From assembly GCA_047459655.1 (NCBI GenBank), contig JAJREF010000001.1:512001-576000 (forward strand): a stretch of DNA of 64,000 nt, in the 5' to 3' direction. The DNA comes from Rhabdochlamydiaceae bacterium. GTDB lineage: Bacteria; Chlamydiota; Chlamydiia; Chlamydiales; Rhabdochlamydiaceae. Under the pieces are notes generated by a model. The model was given only the letters and a program-made list of their open reading frames with translations, did no database searches and was not told the DNA's origin. Below are positions 54,464 through 64,000 of this stretch, one piece after another. Position 1 is the first letter of the stretch; the number at the start of each line of letters is the position of its first letter. The position numbers and the translations under genes were made by a program.

Positions 54464-56075
54464 ACCTCATGAAAAAAATATGAATCTAGATTTAATTCAT
54501 CAAGATTGTCTGTTTGATAACCGATATAGAGATCGGGGCGAATGAGAACAGCCCTGCAGCCTTTAGCTCCATATAGACGGTGGGCTGACCCAGAAGAATC
54601 TTTAAAGCTCTGCACAGTGTGTGACACAAGAGGAAGTCTTCCCTCTTGAAAAATGACGATCGGAATGATGGGGTGAGCTGCAACCTTTTGAAGGATAGCC
54701 GTAAAATTGGGTGCTTCATTCCCTGCAAAAAGGAGTAGATAAAAAGAGGTAGATTTGCGCCAAAGAGCGTACAGGCTAGTAGGCTCATCTTGATGAAGAA
54801 GATAAGCATCTGGCGCTCTAAAACCGCTTTGTGGCCCTACAATAGAGCTTCTAGGATAACAAATACCTATTTGAGAAATTATTTTTACCAGATATCTCTG
54901 CAAAAAGAAATGCGTGTTAAGCAAAATATCGCTGCATTACGAAGAGCGATAGCTACACGGTTTTGCAAGGTGGCAATTTGTGAGGCGATCTCTGTTGCTT
55001 GTAAAAGCTTTTTAGCAACAGAGCGCCTCTCTAAATCATACGTATCCAATAGCTTTTTACCCGCTTGCTTGTTATGCACCAGTGCTAATTTCCAGGCTAG
55101 ATTGAACGCATCTTGCAATCCTGTATTCATCCCCTGCCCTCCAACGGGACTATGGATATGTGCGGCATCACCCGCTAGAAAAACAGATCCTTTCTGATAG
55201 GTCTCTACCATTCGGCTATTGATACAAAAATTTGCACACCAGAGAGGATCTGAAACAAGAACGTAGGAGCCTGTATGCTTGCAAAGAAGCTCTTGGACCT
55301 CTTTAAGTTGAGGCTTTGCTACAATCTGCTCTTTCAATTGGCCGTTAGGAAGAGAGTGACGTTCTTTGAGCAGATTACGACAACGCTCTAGTTGAAAAAT
55401 CAATCGGTAACGCTTTGGCTCAGGAAGAGGGATGGCTGCAAGAGCGCCTATTGCATCTAAAAAAACGAAAAGCTCATCAATAGGATAATCCCAGTGGATA
55501 CGCACGTCAGCGAGTGAAAAAATACCTAAAAGAGGTTTCCCTTCGAACGCAAGGTTGAGCTGCTTGCGAACCTGGCTATGCGCCCCATCACAACCTACAA
55601 CCCACGTTGCTTGAATTGTTTCTTCTTGCCCAGAGGTAGTATGAGCAACAACGACCTCAACATCTTCCTCACGTTGTTTCATCCTCAGAAACTCTACTCC
55701 CCTCTCAATCTTTACTCCAAATGAAATAAGGTACTGCTCGAGGATCTCTTCTGTTTTTACTTGTTCAAGACTTAAGATAAAAGGGTAGGACGAATCAAGG
55801 GTGTCAAAAGAAATTCTACCTAATTTATGAAACGAACAGATCGGGTTGCCCACTTTTAAACGCAGACCTTCTGCTAAAAAAGCCTCTGCAAAACCCAAGT
55901 GTTCAAAGATCTCCATCGTCCGGGCTTGTATGGCCACCGCCCGTGACTGGTCTTGACAAGCAACACCTTTATCGATAATTCTACAGCTAAGACCATAGCG
56001 CGCAACTTCTGCTGCCATCAGCATGCCTGTTGGACCTGCTCCAACAATCAGCACATCAACGCGATTATCCTTCAT
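54460..56075 (-). CDS. FAD-dependent monooxygenase, aromatic hydroxylase family (frameshifted)
   Basis: VGAGPTG, VGCDGAHSQVR, GDAAHIHSPVGGQGMNTGLQDA and C-terminal LIRPD. Confidence 0.92.
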
Positions 56076-56281
56076 AAGAATACACCCTACGCCATTCAAA
56101 AAAACGTATTAACGCATAGCGTATAGATAAACTTTTTAGCTTATTTTCTCAAGAAAAGTAGAATCCTAACCACCAAAGAAAGCTAAAGGTGGGTTGTTTT
56201 ATGTACGAGAATTGGGAGCAATCGACTCGCCTCTTCGGTTATGCTATTCTCAAAATTTTATCAGGATACGGACACTAGAAC

Positions 56282-57255
56282 ATGGCAAATGGAGAAATCA
56301 TCCTATACACCACAGAGGATGGGACAGCTTCCGTTCAGCCCAGAACCCAAGACGGCACTGTTTGGCTAACCCAGGCCGAAATCGCTGAGCTCTTCCAAAC
56401 AACTCCTCAAAATACAACTTCAAATCTAAGAGCTATTTACACTGATAACGAGCTGGTTGAAGCCGCAACTTGTAAGGAACGCTTACAAGTTCAATCTGAA
56501 TGGAAAAGAACGATTCAACGAAATCTCAAATTTTACAATCTTAGTGCAATACTTGCGATAGGCTACCGCATTCGCTCTCCTCAGCAACCAGGCTCAACTA
56601 TTTTTTAAAAAAGTTCAAAACAAAATGCTCTGGGCTACAACCCATAAGACGGCGGCCGAATTGATTTTAGAGCGATCAGATTTTAAACTGCCCAATATGG
56701 GGCTGACAAGTTGTGAGGGACACCGCGTCCGTCAGCAAGACGTAACCATCACCAAAAATTATCTCACTCAAGTGGAACTGGAAGAACTTAACCTAATTGT
56801 TGTCATGTATTTGGATTACGCGGAGCTACAAGCAAAACAGCGAAAGACGATCACGATGAGAGAATGGGAGGAAAAGTTGGATACCTTCCTTAGCTTTAAC
56901 GAAAAAGATCTCTTAAGGAGTCTCTGGATAAGTGCTTTGTCGGAGATTGCTGATCAGTTTTTCGAAGACGACGATTTTGGAAAGCGCAGCTAACATGTAG
57001 AATGTTAGAGAGTTCGAAAAATCTAGTATTCGCAAAAATTGGCGGCAAGATTTGGCAAATGACTTGTCCAGAGGTTCCTTAAGCCACGCAGGTAAAATAT
57101 CTGCCCAGGTAGCAGAAAAGCTCTCCCTTGAGCGCTATTCAGAATTTAATCAAAAGCGCCTTAAGGAAGAGAGACTGCGAGCTGATGAAGAAGATGTTGC
57201 TCTTCTTGAAGCAATCCGAGAAAAAGCTAACCCAAGCGAAGCTCCTGCGGATTAA
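56282..57255 (+). pseudogene. RhuM-family (virulence protein) pseudogene
   Basis: VWLTQAEIAELF, YNL.AI.AIGYR, VQNKM, NMGLTS and KNYL; apparent internal deletion near 56580 and a MITE insertion at 56917. Confidence 0.82.
56917..57078 (+). mobile_element. MITE family A, copy 5 (162 bp) with TTAA target duplication
   Basis: ttaa at 56913-56916 and 57079-57082; removing the element restores the host reading frame. Confidence 0.93.
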
Positions 57256-57528
57256 AAGAAGCTGGGACTTTTTACAAAAATTGTTTTTTAGATTTGTCCA
57301 GCAGCTGATGTTTCCCTTTGCTGTATTGGCTAGCCCAAGACCTCTGAACAACAGTCCCTGCTTCGGGATCGATTTTGAATAAAGCCCGCCAGTCAGGAAT
57401 TATCGAGCAAACGGATTGTCATGAACAAGTAGATAAAAACTTTTATATTATGGAGGTAGTTGCAAAACTCAGGTTCAGTGAGAGAACCGTTCTTAACGAT
57501 GCTGGATTTTAAGAATCGTCCAAGAGAA

Positions 57529-57610
57529 TGGGGGCGGTGTGACTCGAACACACGAAACCCGAAGGTGGGGGATTTACAGTCCCCTGCAATTGCCACTATG
57601 CGACACCCCC
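57529..57610 (-). tRNA. tRNA-Tyr (GTA)
   Basis: Cloverleaf GGGGGTG...GGGGA-CTGTAAA-TCCCC, long variable arm, GTGTG-TTCGAGT-CACAC. Confidence 0.95.
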
Positions 57611-57623
57611 CAAACAGAAAAAA

Positions 57624-57695
57624 TGCTGGCGAAAGGACTTGAACCCTCAACCGTCCGCTTACAAGGCGGATGCTCTACCATTGAGCTACACCAGC
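57624..57695 (-). tRNA. tRNA-Thr (TGT)
   Basis: GCTGGTGTAGCTCAATGGTAGAGC, TCCGC-CTTGTAA-GCGGA and TTCAAGT T-loop. Confidence 0.95.
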
Positions 57696-57753
57696 AAAAA
57701 GGAAAGAACCTTATAACAAATGATTCCTTATTGCTCAAGATTTTAAGACGGTA

Positions 57754-57966
57754 TTACATGTTAAAATGTTTTTCGTCAGGAGGAACTTCAGGCAGTTTAG
57801 GCTTAACAGGTGTAACATTTTGTTGAAATAGGGAAGAGATTTTGTTGGAGCTTGTCAAAACCTGGGCAGATCCGAGCAAGGACTTTGTAGTTTTTGATTC
57901 ACAACATTTTTTAAATTTCTTTCCTGACCCACAAGGGCATGGATCATTTCTACCTGGCTTTGACAT
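57754..57966 (-). CDS. small SEC-C motif protein
   Basis: [19 protein letters not shown]. Confidence 0.88.
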   Translation of the reverse strand: MSKPGRNDPCPCGSGKKFKKCCESKTTKSLLGSAQVLTSSNKISSLFQQNVTPVKPKLPEVPPDEKHFNM

Positions 57967-58026
57967 GAGACCTCTTTTGGGAAACACTATACCGCTAAAA
58001 AGAAATATCGGGTAGAATTTTTTCCC

Positions 58027-58770
58027 ATGAGCAGCCTACCAATTGCAAAACCTCCATGGACAACATTAGGAAAAAAGCTTGAAAGCATGTGCCGTAAAGC
58101 ACTCTATCAATTCAATCTTTTAGATGAATCAGGCAAGGTTGCTGTTGCTCTAAGCGGTGGTAAGGATAGTCTTGCACTTCTCTATCTTCTGAAGGCCATT
58201 TCAGGCAGGGGTTTCCCTGTGCTGGATATCCATGCTATTCATGTGTCTGGCGAGTTCTCTTGCGGAGCCTCTGTCAGCGAACAATTTCTGCGTCCTATCT
58301 GTGAAGCTCTCGGGGTTAATTTTATTTTGAAACATTCAACACAAACAAGAGAAAATTTAGCCTGTTACAGCTGCTCAAGAGAGAGAAGGAAGCTAATTTT
58401 TGAAGCGGCTAAAGAAGTGGGTATACATACGATTGCTTTTGGGCACCATAGAGACGATAGCATTGAAACCCTTTTGCTGAATCTTTTACACAAAGCAGAG
58501 TTTGCGGCTAACCTCCCAAAAGTACACATGCATGACTATGGTATAACCATTATTAGGCCTTTAATTTTCATTGCAGAAAAAGAGATTATCTCTTTTGCTA
58601 AGCTCCATGGATTTGCAAGAATCACCTGTCAATGCCCCGTAGGACAAATCTCCATGCGTAAAAAAGTCAAAGATCTATTGCACTCTGTAGAGGAGATTTT
58701 TCCCAATACAAGAGAGAATCTTTCTCAAGCTAGCTTGCATTACGGATCTACTAAAGCTGCGCAAAAATAA
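58027..58770 (+). CDS. ttcA: tRNA 2-thiocytidine biosynthesis protein, TtcA family
   Basis: SGGKDS, CYSCSR, GHHRDD, IIRPL and CQCP. Confidence 0.88.
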   Translation: MSSLPIAKPPWTTLGKKLESMCRKALYQFNLLDESGKVAVALSGGKDSLALLYLLKAISGRGFPVLDIHAIHVSGEFSCGASVSEQFLRPICEALGVNFILKHSTQTRENLACYSCSRERRKLIFEAAKEVGIHTIAFGHHRDDSIETLLLNLLHKAEFAANLPKVHMHDYGITIIRPLIFIAEKEIISFAKLHGFARITCQCPVGQISMRKKVKDLLHSVEEIFPNTRENLSQASLHYGSTKAAQK

Positions 58771-58804
58771 AGCATTTTATTTCTAAAAGTGTTAAGAATG
58801 TTAT

Positions 58805-60232
58805 ATGTATACACAAGAACTGATTTCCATCGGTTGTTACTTCCTATTGCTGCTGGCAATTGGATATTTCTCTTATCAAAAACACATGTCTGCAACCGGC
58901 TTTATCATCGGCAACCGCTCGATGAACTGTTGGCTAACGGCACTGGCTGCCCATGCTAGTGATATGAGTAGCTGGCTTGTCATGGCCTATCCTGCTGCAG
59001 TATTTTCTAAAGGCGTGATCAGTGCGTGGACAGCAATTGGCCTTACCACGTGCATGTACTTGAACTGGCGTATTATTGCGCCTAAAATCAGAGTTGCTAC
59101 AGAAAAGTTCAACAGCATGACATTTTCTTCTTTTTTTGAGAGCAGGTTTAAAGACACTTCTGGACGGATACGGGTTTTTTCTGCGATTGTTCTGATCGTA
59201 TTTTATACGATTTACATTTCAGCGGGGCTAACAACACTTGGAGACAATCTAGAAGTCCTCTTCCAATTAAAGTATTCAATCGGTGTTTTGATAGGACTTG
59301 TGGTTGTCATCCCTTATGTGTTCTCAGGTGGTTATCTGACGCTTGCCTGGATTGATCTTTTTCAAGGCTTATTTTTGATGTGCGTCATTATTTTTATTCC
59401 CCTCTATATGATCCCAAAGATAGGTGGATGGGGTGCCATCTCAGAAAATATAACGATCAATCATCTCACGTCTCGATTGATTCCTGATTTTTCCCAAGCC
59501 ACCATCGTTTCAATTATTTCCTTAACATTTGGATGGGGACTTGGTTATTTTGGTCAACCACACATTGTCACTAAGTTCATGGGGATTAAAAAGGTTTCTG
59601 ACATCCCAACTTCTAAATGGATTGGAATGACATGGATGGTTCTCTCACTCGGAGCAGCCACCTTGATTGGGCTTGTAGGAATTGCCTTTTTTAAAGGACA
59701 TTTGGATAATCCCGAACTTGTCCTTGTTGAAATGGTCAAGTTATCGTTTTCTCCTATTATTTTGGGCCTTGTGTTATGCGCTATCATTGCAACAACAATT
59801 AATGCTATGAGCTCTCAAATCCTTGTTTTATCCTCAAGCTTGGCTGAAGATTTGTACAAAAAACTGTGGAGAAAGCACGCCTCCTCTCGAGAAGTTCTTT
59901 TAGTCTCGCGCCTTGGGATCATCCTCGTTGCCTGTGTAGCTTTTCTCATTGCCTTCCGAAAGACCAATACCATCTATCAACTTGTTTTATATGCTTGGTC
60001 AGGGATTGGATCTGCTTTTGGCCCTCTTGTTATCTTATCGCTCTATTACAAAAAAGCTAATAAATATGGCGCCTGGGCTGGAATTTTAATCGGAGGATCT
60101 GTGTCTGCTGTTTGGCCCCTTTTTAACCATTTATTCCCTATCGGCCCCCTAATTCCTGGTTTTTTTGCAAGTATGCTATCCATTTTGTGGGTATCACATC
60201 TCACAAGACACAAACTCTCTCATATGTTATGA
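58805..60232 (+). CDS. putP: sodium/proline symporter (SSS family)
   Basis: ASDMSSW, WGLGYFGQPHI and YAWSGIGSAFGP. Confidence 0.9.
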   Translation: MYTQELISIGCYFLLLLAIGYFSYQKHMSATGFIIGNRSMNCWLTALAAHASDMSSWLVMAYPAAVFSKGVISAWTAIGLTTCMYLNWRIIAPKIRVATEKFNSMTFSSFFESRFKDTSGRIRVFSAIVLIVFYTIYISAGLTTLGDNLEVLFQLKYSIGVLIGLVVVIPYVFSGGYLTLAWIDLFQGLFLMCVIIFIPLYMIPKIGGWGAISENITINHLTSRLIPDFSQATIVSIISLTFGWGLGYFGQPHIVTKFMGIKKVSDIPTSKWIGMTWMVLSLGAATLIGLVGIAFFKGHLDNPELVLVEMVKLSFSPIILGLVLCAIIATTINAMSSQILVLSSSLAEDLYKKLWRKHASSREVLLVSRLGIILVACVAFLIAFRKTNTIYQLVLYAWSGIGSAFGPLVILSLYYKKANKYGAWAGILIGGSVSAVWPLFNHLFPIGPLIPGFFASMLSILWVSHLTRHKLSHML

Positions 60233-60240
60233 TCCCTCCC

Positions 60241-61032
60241 ATGAATAAAACGTCCAAAAGACCAAAAATTTTAATTACTAATGATGATGGGATCTTTTCT
60301 ATGGGGCTTAAATGCCTTTGGCAAGCTCTTGTAGAATATGCTGACCTTTTTATTATTGCCCCCGGAAGTGATCAATCAGGTTCAGGGTTGGGGTTCACTC
60401 TTAGAGTACCTCTACAAATCGATAAAGTAAAATGGGAGCAAAATACACCCGCCTGGAAAGTGAATGGGACACCTGTCGACTGTGTAAAATTAGGCTTAAG
60501 TGTGATCCTCAAAGAGAAACCTGACTTAGTTGTATCAGGCATCAACCACGCTTCTAATGCAGGTAGAACAGTTTTGTATAGTGGTACTGTGGGTGGAGCG
60601 ATTGAAGGCGTGCTCCGTAATATTCCTAGCATTGCATTCTCTTTTGAAGACATCGACGCACCTGACTATTCACAAGCCCAAAAATACATCCACCCTATTG
60701 TGCAACATGTATTAGAACACCCGCTACCCAAAGGCACGTTGCTGAATGTCAACTTCCCTTACACTTCTACAGATTTTAAAGGGATTAAACTTGCTCGCCA
60801 AGGACGTAGTTATTGGATTGACACCCCCCATGAACGTATCCATCCTGAAGGAACGCCTTACTTTTGGCTAGGCGGCAAATGGGATGAACAAGAAGAACAT
60901 CCTGAGAGCGATGTCGCCCTTTTGAAAGAAGGCTACATCACAGTCGTCCCTATCCATGTCGATGAATTAACCGACCATGAGCATCTAGAAGAAAGAAAAG
61001 CTTCCTTTGAAAAATCATTTCCTCTTCTCTGA
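60241..61032 (+). CDS. surE: 5'/3'-nucleotidase SurE
   Basis: ILITNDDG, GTPVDCV, VSGIN and YSGTVGGA. Confidence 0.95.
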   Translation: MNKTSKRPKILITNDDGIFSMGLKCLWQALVEYADLFIIAPGSDQSGSGLGFTLRVPLQIDKVKWEQNTPAWKVNGTPVDCVKLGLSVILKEKPDLVVSGINHASNAGRTVLYSGTVGGAIEGVLRNIPSIAFSFEDIDAPDYSQAQKYIHPIVQHVLEHPLPKGTLLNVNFPYTSTDFKGIKLARQGRSYWIDTPHERIHPEGTPYFWLGGKWDEQEEHPESDVALLKEGYITVVPIHVDELTDHEHLEERKASFEKSFPLL

Positions 61033-61046
61033 AGCATCTAATCTGA

Positions 61047-61397
61047 TCAAAGCTTCTTTTTGCGCTTTCTCAATAACGTCTCTACCCCGTCTATTTCATA
61101 AATGCGCTTTAGCTCGTATAGAAGAGCGCTATTTGCAATACTATCGATGAGGGGTTTATCTTCTTCATGTTCTTTCTGAAATTTTCTTGCTTGAATCATC
61201 ACAGAAACTAACCGATCGAAGTAGGATTTGATCTTGGGAACTTCCTTCACTAACTGCTCATGTGTCCCTATTCCCTTGAGCTCCTCTGCCAATTCTTTAC
61301 ATATTGACTCCCCTTCATAACGAAAATCTTCCAGAGAAGAAGGAGAACATGCACATATAGCGAGCAGAACCAACACACATAATGGAAATCTTATCAT
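61047..61397 (-). CDS. predicted lipoprotein (3' end possibly frameshifted)
   Basis: Hydrophobic signal ending in the lipobox-like ICAC, then a helical domain. Confidence 0.65.
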   Translation of the reverse strand: MIRFPLCVLVLLAICACSPSSLEDFRYEGESICKELAEELKGIGTHEQLVKEVPKIKSYFDRLVSVMIQARKFQKEHEEDKPLIDSIANSALLYELKRIYEIDGVETLLRKRKKKL

Positions 61398-61538
61398 GTA
61401 GATGATGATAGCAAAATAAAGCATTTTCCTAGCACCACTAGAAAAAAAATCCCCAGATATTTAGAATCATGATGGAAAGAAAGTGTGTACAATTCTATGA
61501 ATCATGCTATGGTAAAATTATTATGGGGAAGAAGTTGT

Positions 61539-62986
61539 ATGACATATAAAAATGCGATAGTTGCCTTAACCTTACTCTGTTCTTCTTTTTGCTTAGCAGC
61601 TGACCAGCAAACAGCTACTACACCAAAATCTAAATGTGGATGTTCTCCTCAGGAGATTGCACAAGCAGCCTCTCAAGCTCGATCTATTATTGCTAAGAAA
61701 GCTATTCCAGGTGTTGTGTTCATTAAAGTAGAACTCGAAAGTGGGGAAGATGGATCTTTTCCATTTAGCTCTGGAGACAACCCTTTTAATTCCCCCGATG
61801 AAGACTTCAACCGCTTTTTTGGGATCCCTTTTGGTAGACCCATGCCACCACAGCCACAAGTAGGACAAGGGTCTGGTTTTTTTGTAACCGCTGATGGATA
61901 TATTTTCACCAATGCGCACGTTGTCAAAGGGGCTAATAAAATAGATGTTACCTTGGACAATGGGCAAGTGTTACCAGCGACTCTCATAGGTGCTGATCCC
62001 AATACCGATATCGCTGTTATTAAACTCGAAGGAAAAAATTTCCCATTCCTGACGTTTGGAAACTCTGATGAATTAGAAATCGCAGAAGACGTGATTGCCA
62101 TTGGAAGTCCTTTTGCTCTTGAAGCCTCTGTCACAAGAGGGATCGTGAGCGGTAAAAAAAGACAGCTACAAATATCTGATTACGAAGACTTCATTCAAAC
62201 CGATGCAGCCATCAACCCAGGTAATTCAGGTGGTCCCCTATTAAATCTTCGTGGAGAAGTTGTTGGCATTAACACTGTGATCATCTCCCGCTCAGGTGGT
62301 TTTATGGGTATTGGCCTTGCAATCCCCAGCAACATGGCAAAAAGCATCATGCATCAACTCATCGAGAAAGGATCTGTAACACGCGGATTTCTCGGTGTTA
62401 CGCTCCAGCCTGTTGACAAAGATATCGCAGCAGGGTTTAACCTCGATAAGGCAGAAGGCGCACTGGTGGCAGACGTATCTAAAGGATCCCCTGCAGAAGA
62501 AGCAGGTCTTAAACAGGGGGATATTATTTTAGAATACAACGGAAATCCGATTAAAACCTTCCAAGCATTCCGTAATGACATTGCCCTCATGGCTCCAGGA
62601 ACTGTCGTCAAACTCAAGGTTAATCGCAAAAATAAAATTTTAAATATATCTGTTACGCTCGGCTCCCTTTCAACTAGCAATTCTTCACCCGGTGTCTTAG
62701 ATCAAAAATTGGGAATGGAAGTGCAAAATCTTACCCCCAACTTTCTAAGCAACTTGGTTATAATCAAGGAGAACAAGGGGTTGTGGTCACGAAAGTCAAA
62801 CCAGGCTCCCCAGGAGCAATGGCTGGGATCCGTCCAGGTTGCCTGATTTTAGAGGTCAATCGTAAGCGAGTCACGAACACGTCTGAATATAATGATAATT
62901 TGAAAGAGGCTGCGAAAAGCAAACGTATCGTCCTCCTTATACAACAGGGAGCCTCCATGCGCTTTGTATCCATCCGCCTTGACTGA
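61539..62986 (+). CDS. htrA: DegP/HtrA serine protease with two PDZ domains (late frameshift)
   Basis: Signal peptide; TNAHVV, DIAVIK, QTDAAINPGNSGGPL and the PDZ motif RGFLGV. Confidence 0.95.
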
Positions 62987-63027
62987 AGAGTTAAAATTTG
63001 ATATCATGTACCCCCTTAGGGGTGATG

Positions 63028-63977
63028 ATGTCTATTCTAGCTGTTATTTTAATGTATGGGCTTTGGTCAAGCGTCTTTTCACTTGGAAAAATGGCGCTTC
63101 TACATGCCTCTCCTTTCTTCTTGACCGGTACCCGCATGCTCCTTGCAGGACTCATTCTTCTTTCCCTACCTTGCCCTGACAAAGCGATCCTCTTTTAAAC
63201 TCCAAAAAAACCAGATTCTGTCACTTGCACTTCTAGCAGTTTTTAGTATCTACCTAACAAATGTCTTGGAGTTCTGGGCTCTGCAGTATCTATCTGCAGC
63301 TAAAACCTGCTTTATCTATAGCCTCTCCCCATTTTTTGCAGCCTTTTTTTCCTACCTCCATTTTGGAGAGAGGATGAACCTCAAAAAATGGATTGGCCTT
63401 TCCTTGGGCGTCATAGGTATTATTCCTGTTTTGTACTTACAAACAGGTGCTGAAGAGATGTGGACAGCCGTCGGTTTTTTATCGTGGCCCTCTCTTGCTG
63501 TCATTGGGGCTGCCCTATTTTCTGTATATGGATGGGTGATTTTACGGCTGACTGTCAAAAATCAGATGGTCTCTCCTGTGATGGCAAATGGAACAAGCAT
63601 GCTGTTAGGTGGGACGCTAGCTCTTATTCACTCGATGTTCACAGAGTCATGGAATCCAATCCCTGTCGTTCCCGGAAGTATGGGAAGCTTTGCTGGCTGG
63701 GCCCTTTTCATGACTTTTGTTTATAACATCGTATGCTATAACCTGTATGGGCTCATGCTTAAAAAATTCACGGCGACATTCCTTTCTTTCCTTGGTCTTT
63801 TAAGCCCTATTTTTGCCTCCTTCTATGGCTGGATCTTTTTCAGATGAGCCCCTTTCCTGGGTGATCTTTCTCTCCACAGCTATTGTCTCTGCAGGCCTTG
63901 GTATTGTCTACTCAGCAGAGTTAAAGCAAGGCTATATCTTGAAATCAAATCCCACTTCTACTCCCGCTGCACCATAA
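63028..63977 (+). CDS. DMT/EamA family transporter (frameshifted)
   Basis: About 10 TM segments; YSLSPFFAAFFSYLHFGER. Confidence 0.85.
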
Positions 63978-64000
63978 GAGCCCTAAATCTCCTTTACAAC

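Noticed and set aside
4395..62973. Numerous antisense and shifted-frame ORFs inside known genes
   Set aside because: Shadow ORFs of well-supported genes, with no motifs of their own
6509..63977. Mass pseudogenisation or programmed frameshifting (tilS, lptG, accC, rpsA, nusA, infB, ychF, malQ, htrA and others)
   Set aside because: Breaks fall mostly in homopolymers and hit essential genes with intact motifs; long-read indel errors explain this best

Overview
This is a 64-kb window of a Chlamydiae chromosome, probably from an environmental lineage. The evidence is the conserved chlamydial blocks rpsA-nusA-infB-rbfA-truB-ribF-ychF, sctU-sctV-copN-scc1-malQ and rpe-efp-accB-accC, plus a 914-aa FtsH. 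Many essential genes are broken by single-base indels in homopolymers, which points to an unpolished long-read assembly, so most frameshifts are treated here as artefacts. Other content: tRNA-Thr(TGT) and tRNA-Tyr(GTA), a TPP riboswitch before an MFS transporter, a complete IS1202-family IS with a 15-bp target duplication, a RelE/HigBA-type TA pair, tandem LpxT-like genes behind lptFG, and two putative effectors with a shared N-terminus and unrelated C-termini. The most striking unexplained signal is a dense set of short (45-170 bp) palindromic MITE/RPE-like elements. One 162-bp family has five copies, one of them inserted into a RhuM-family gene with a TTAA duplication. Several other families are present, and elements repeatedly sit inside or against the ends of one another.
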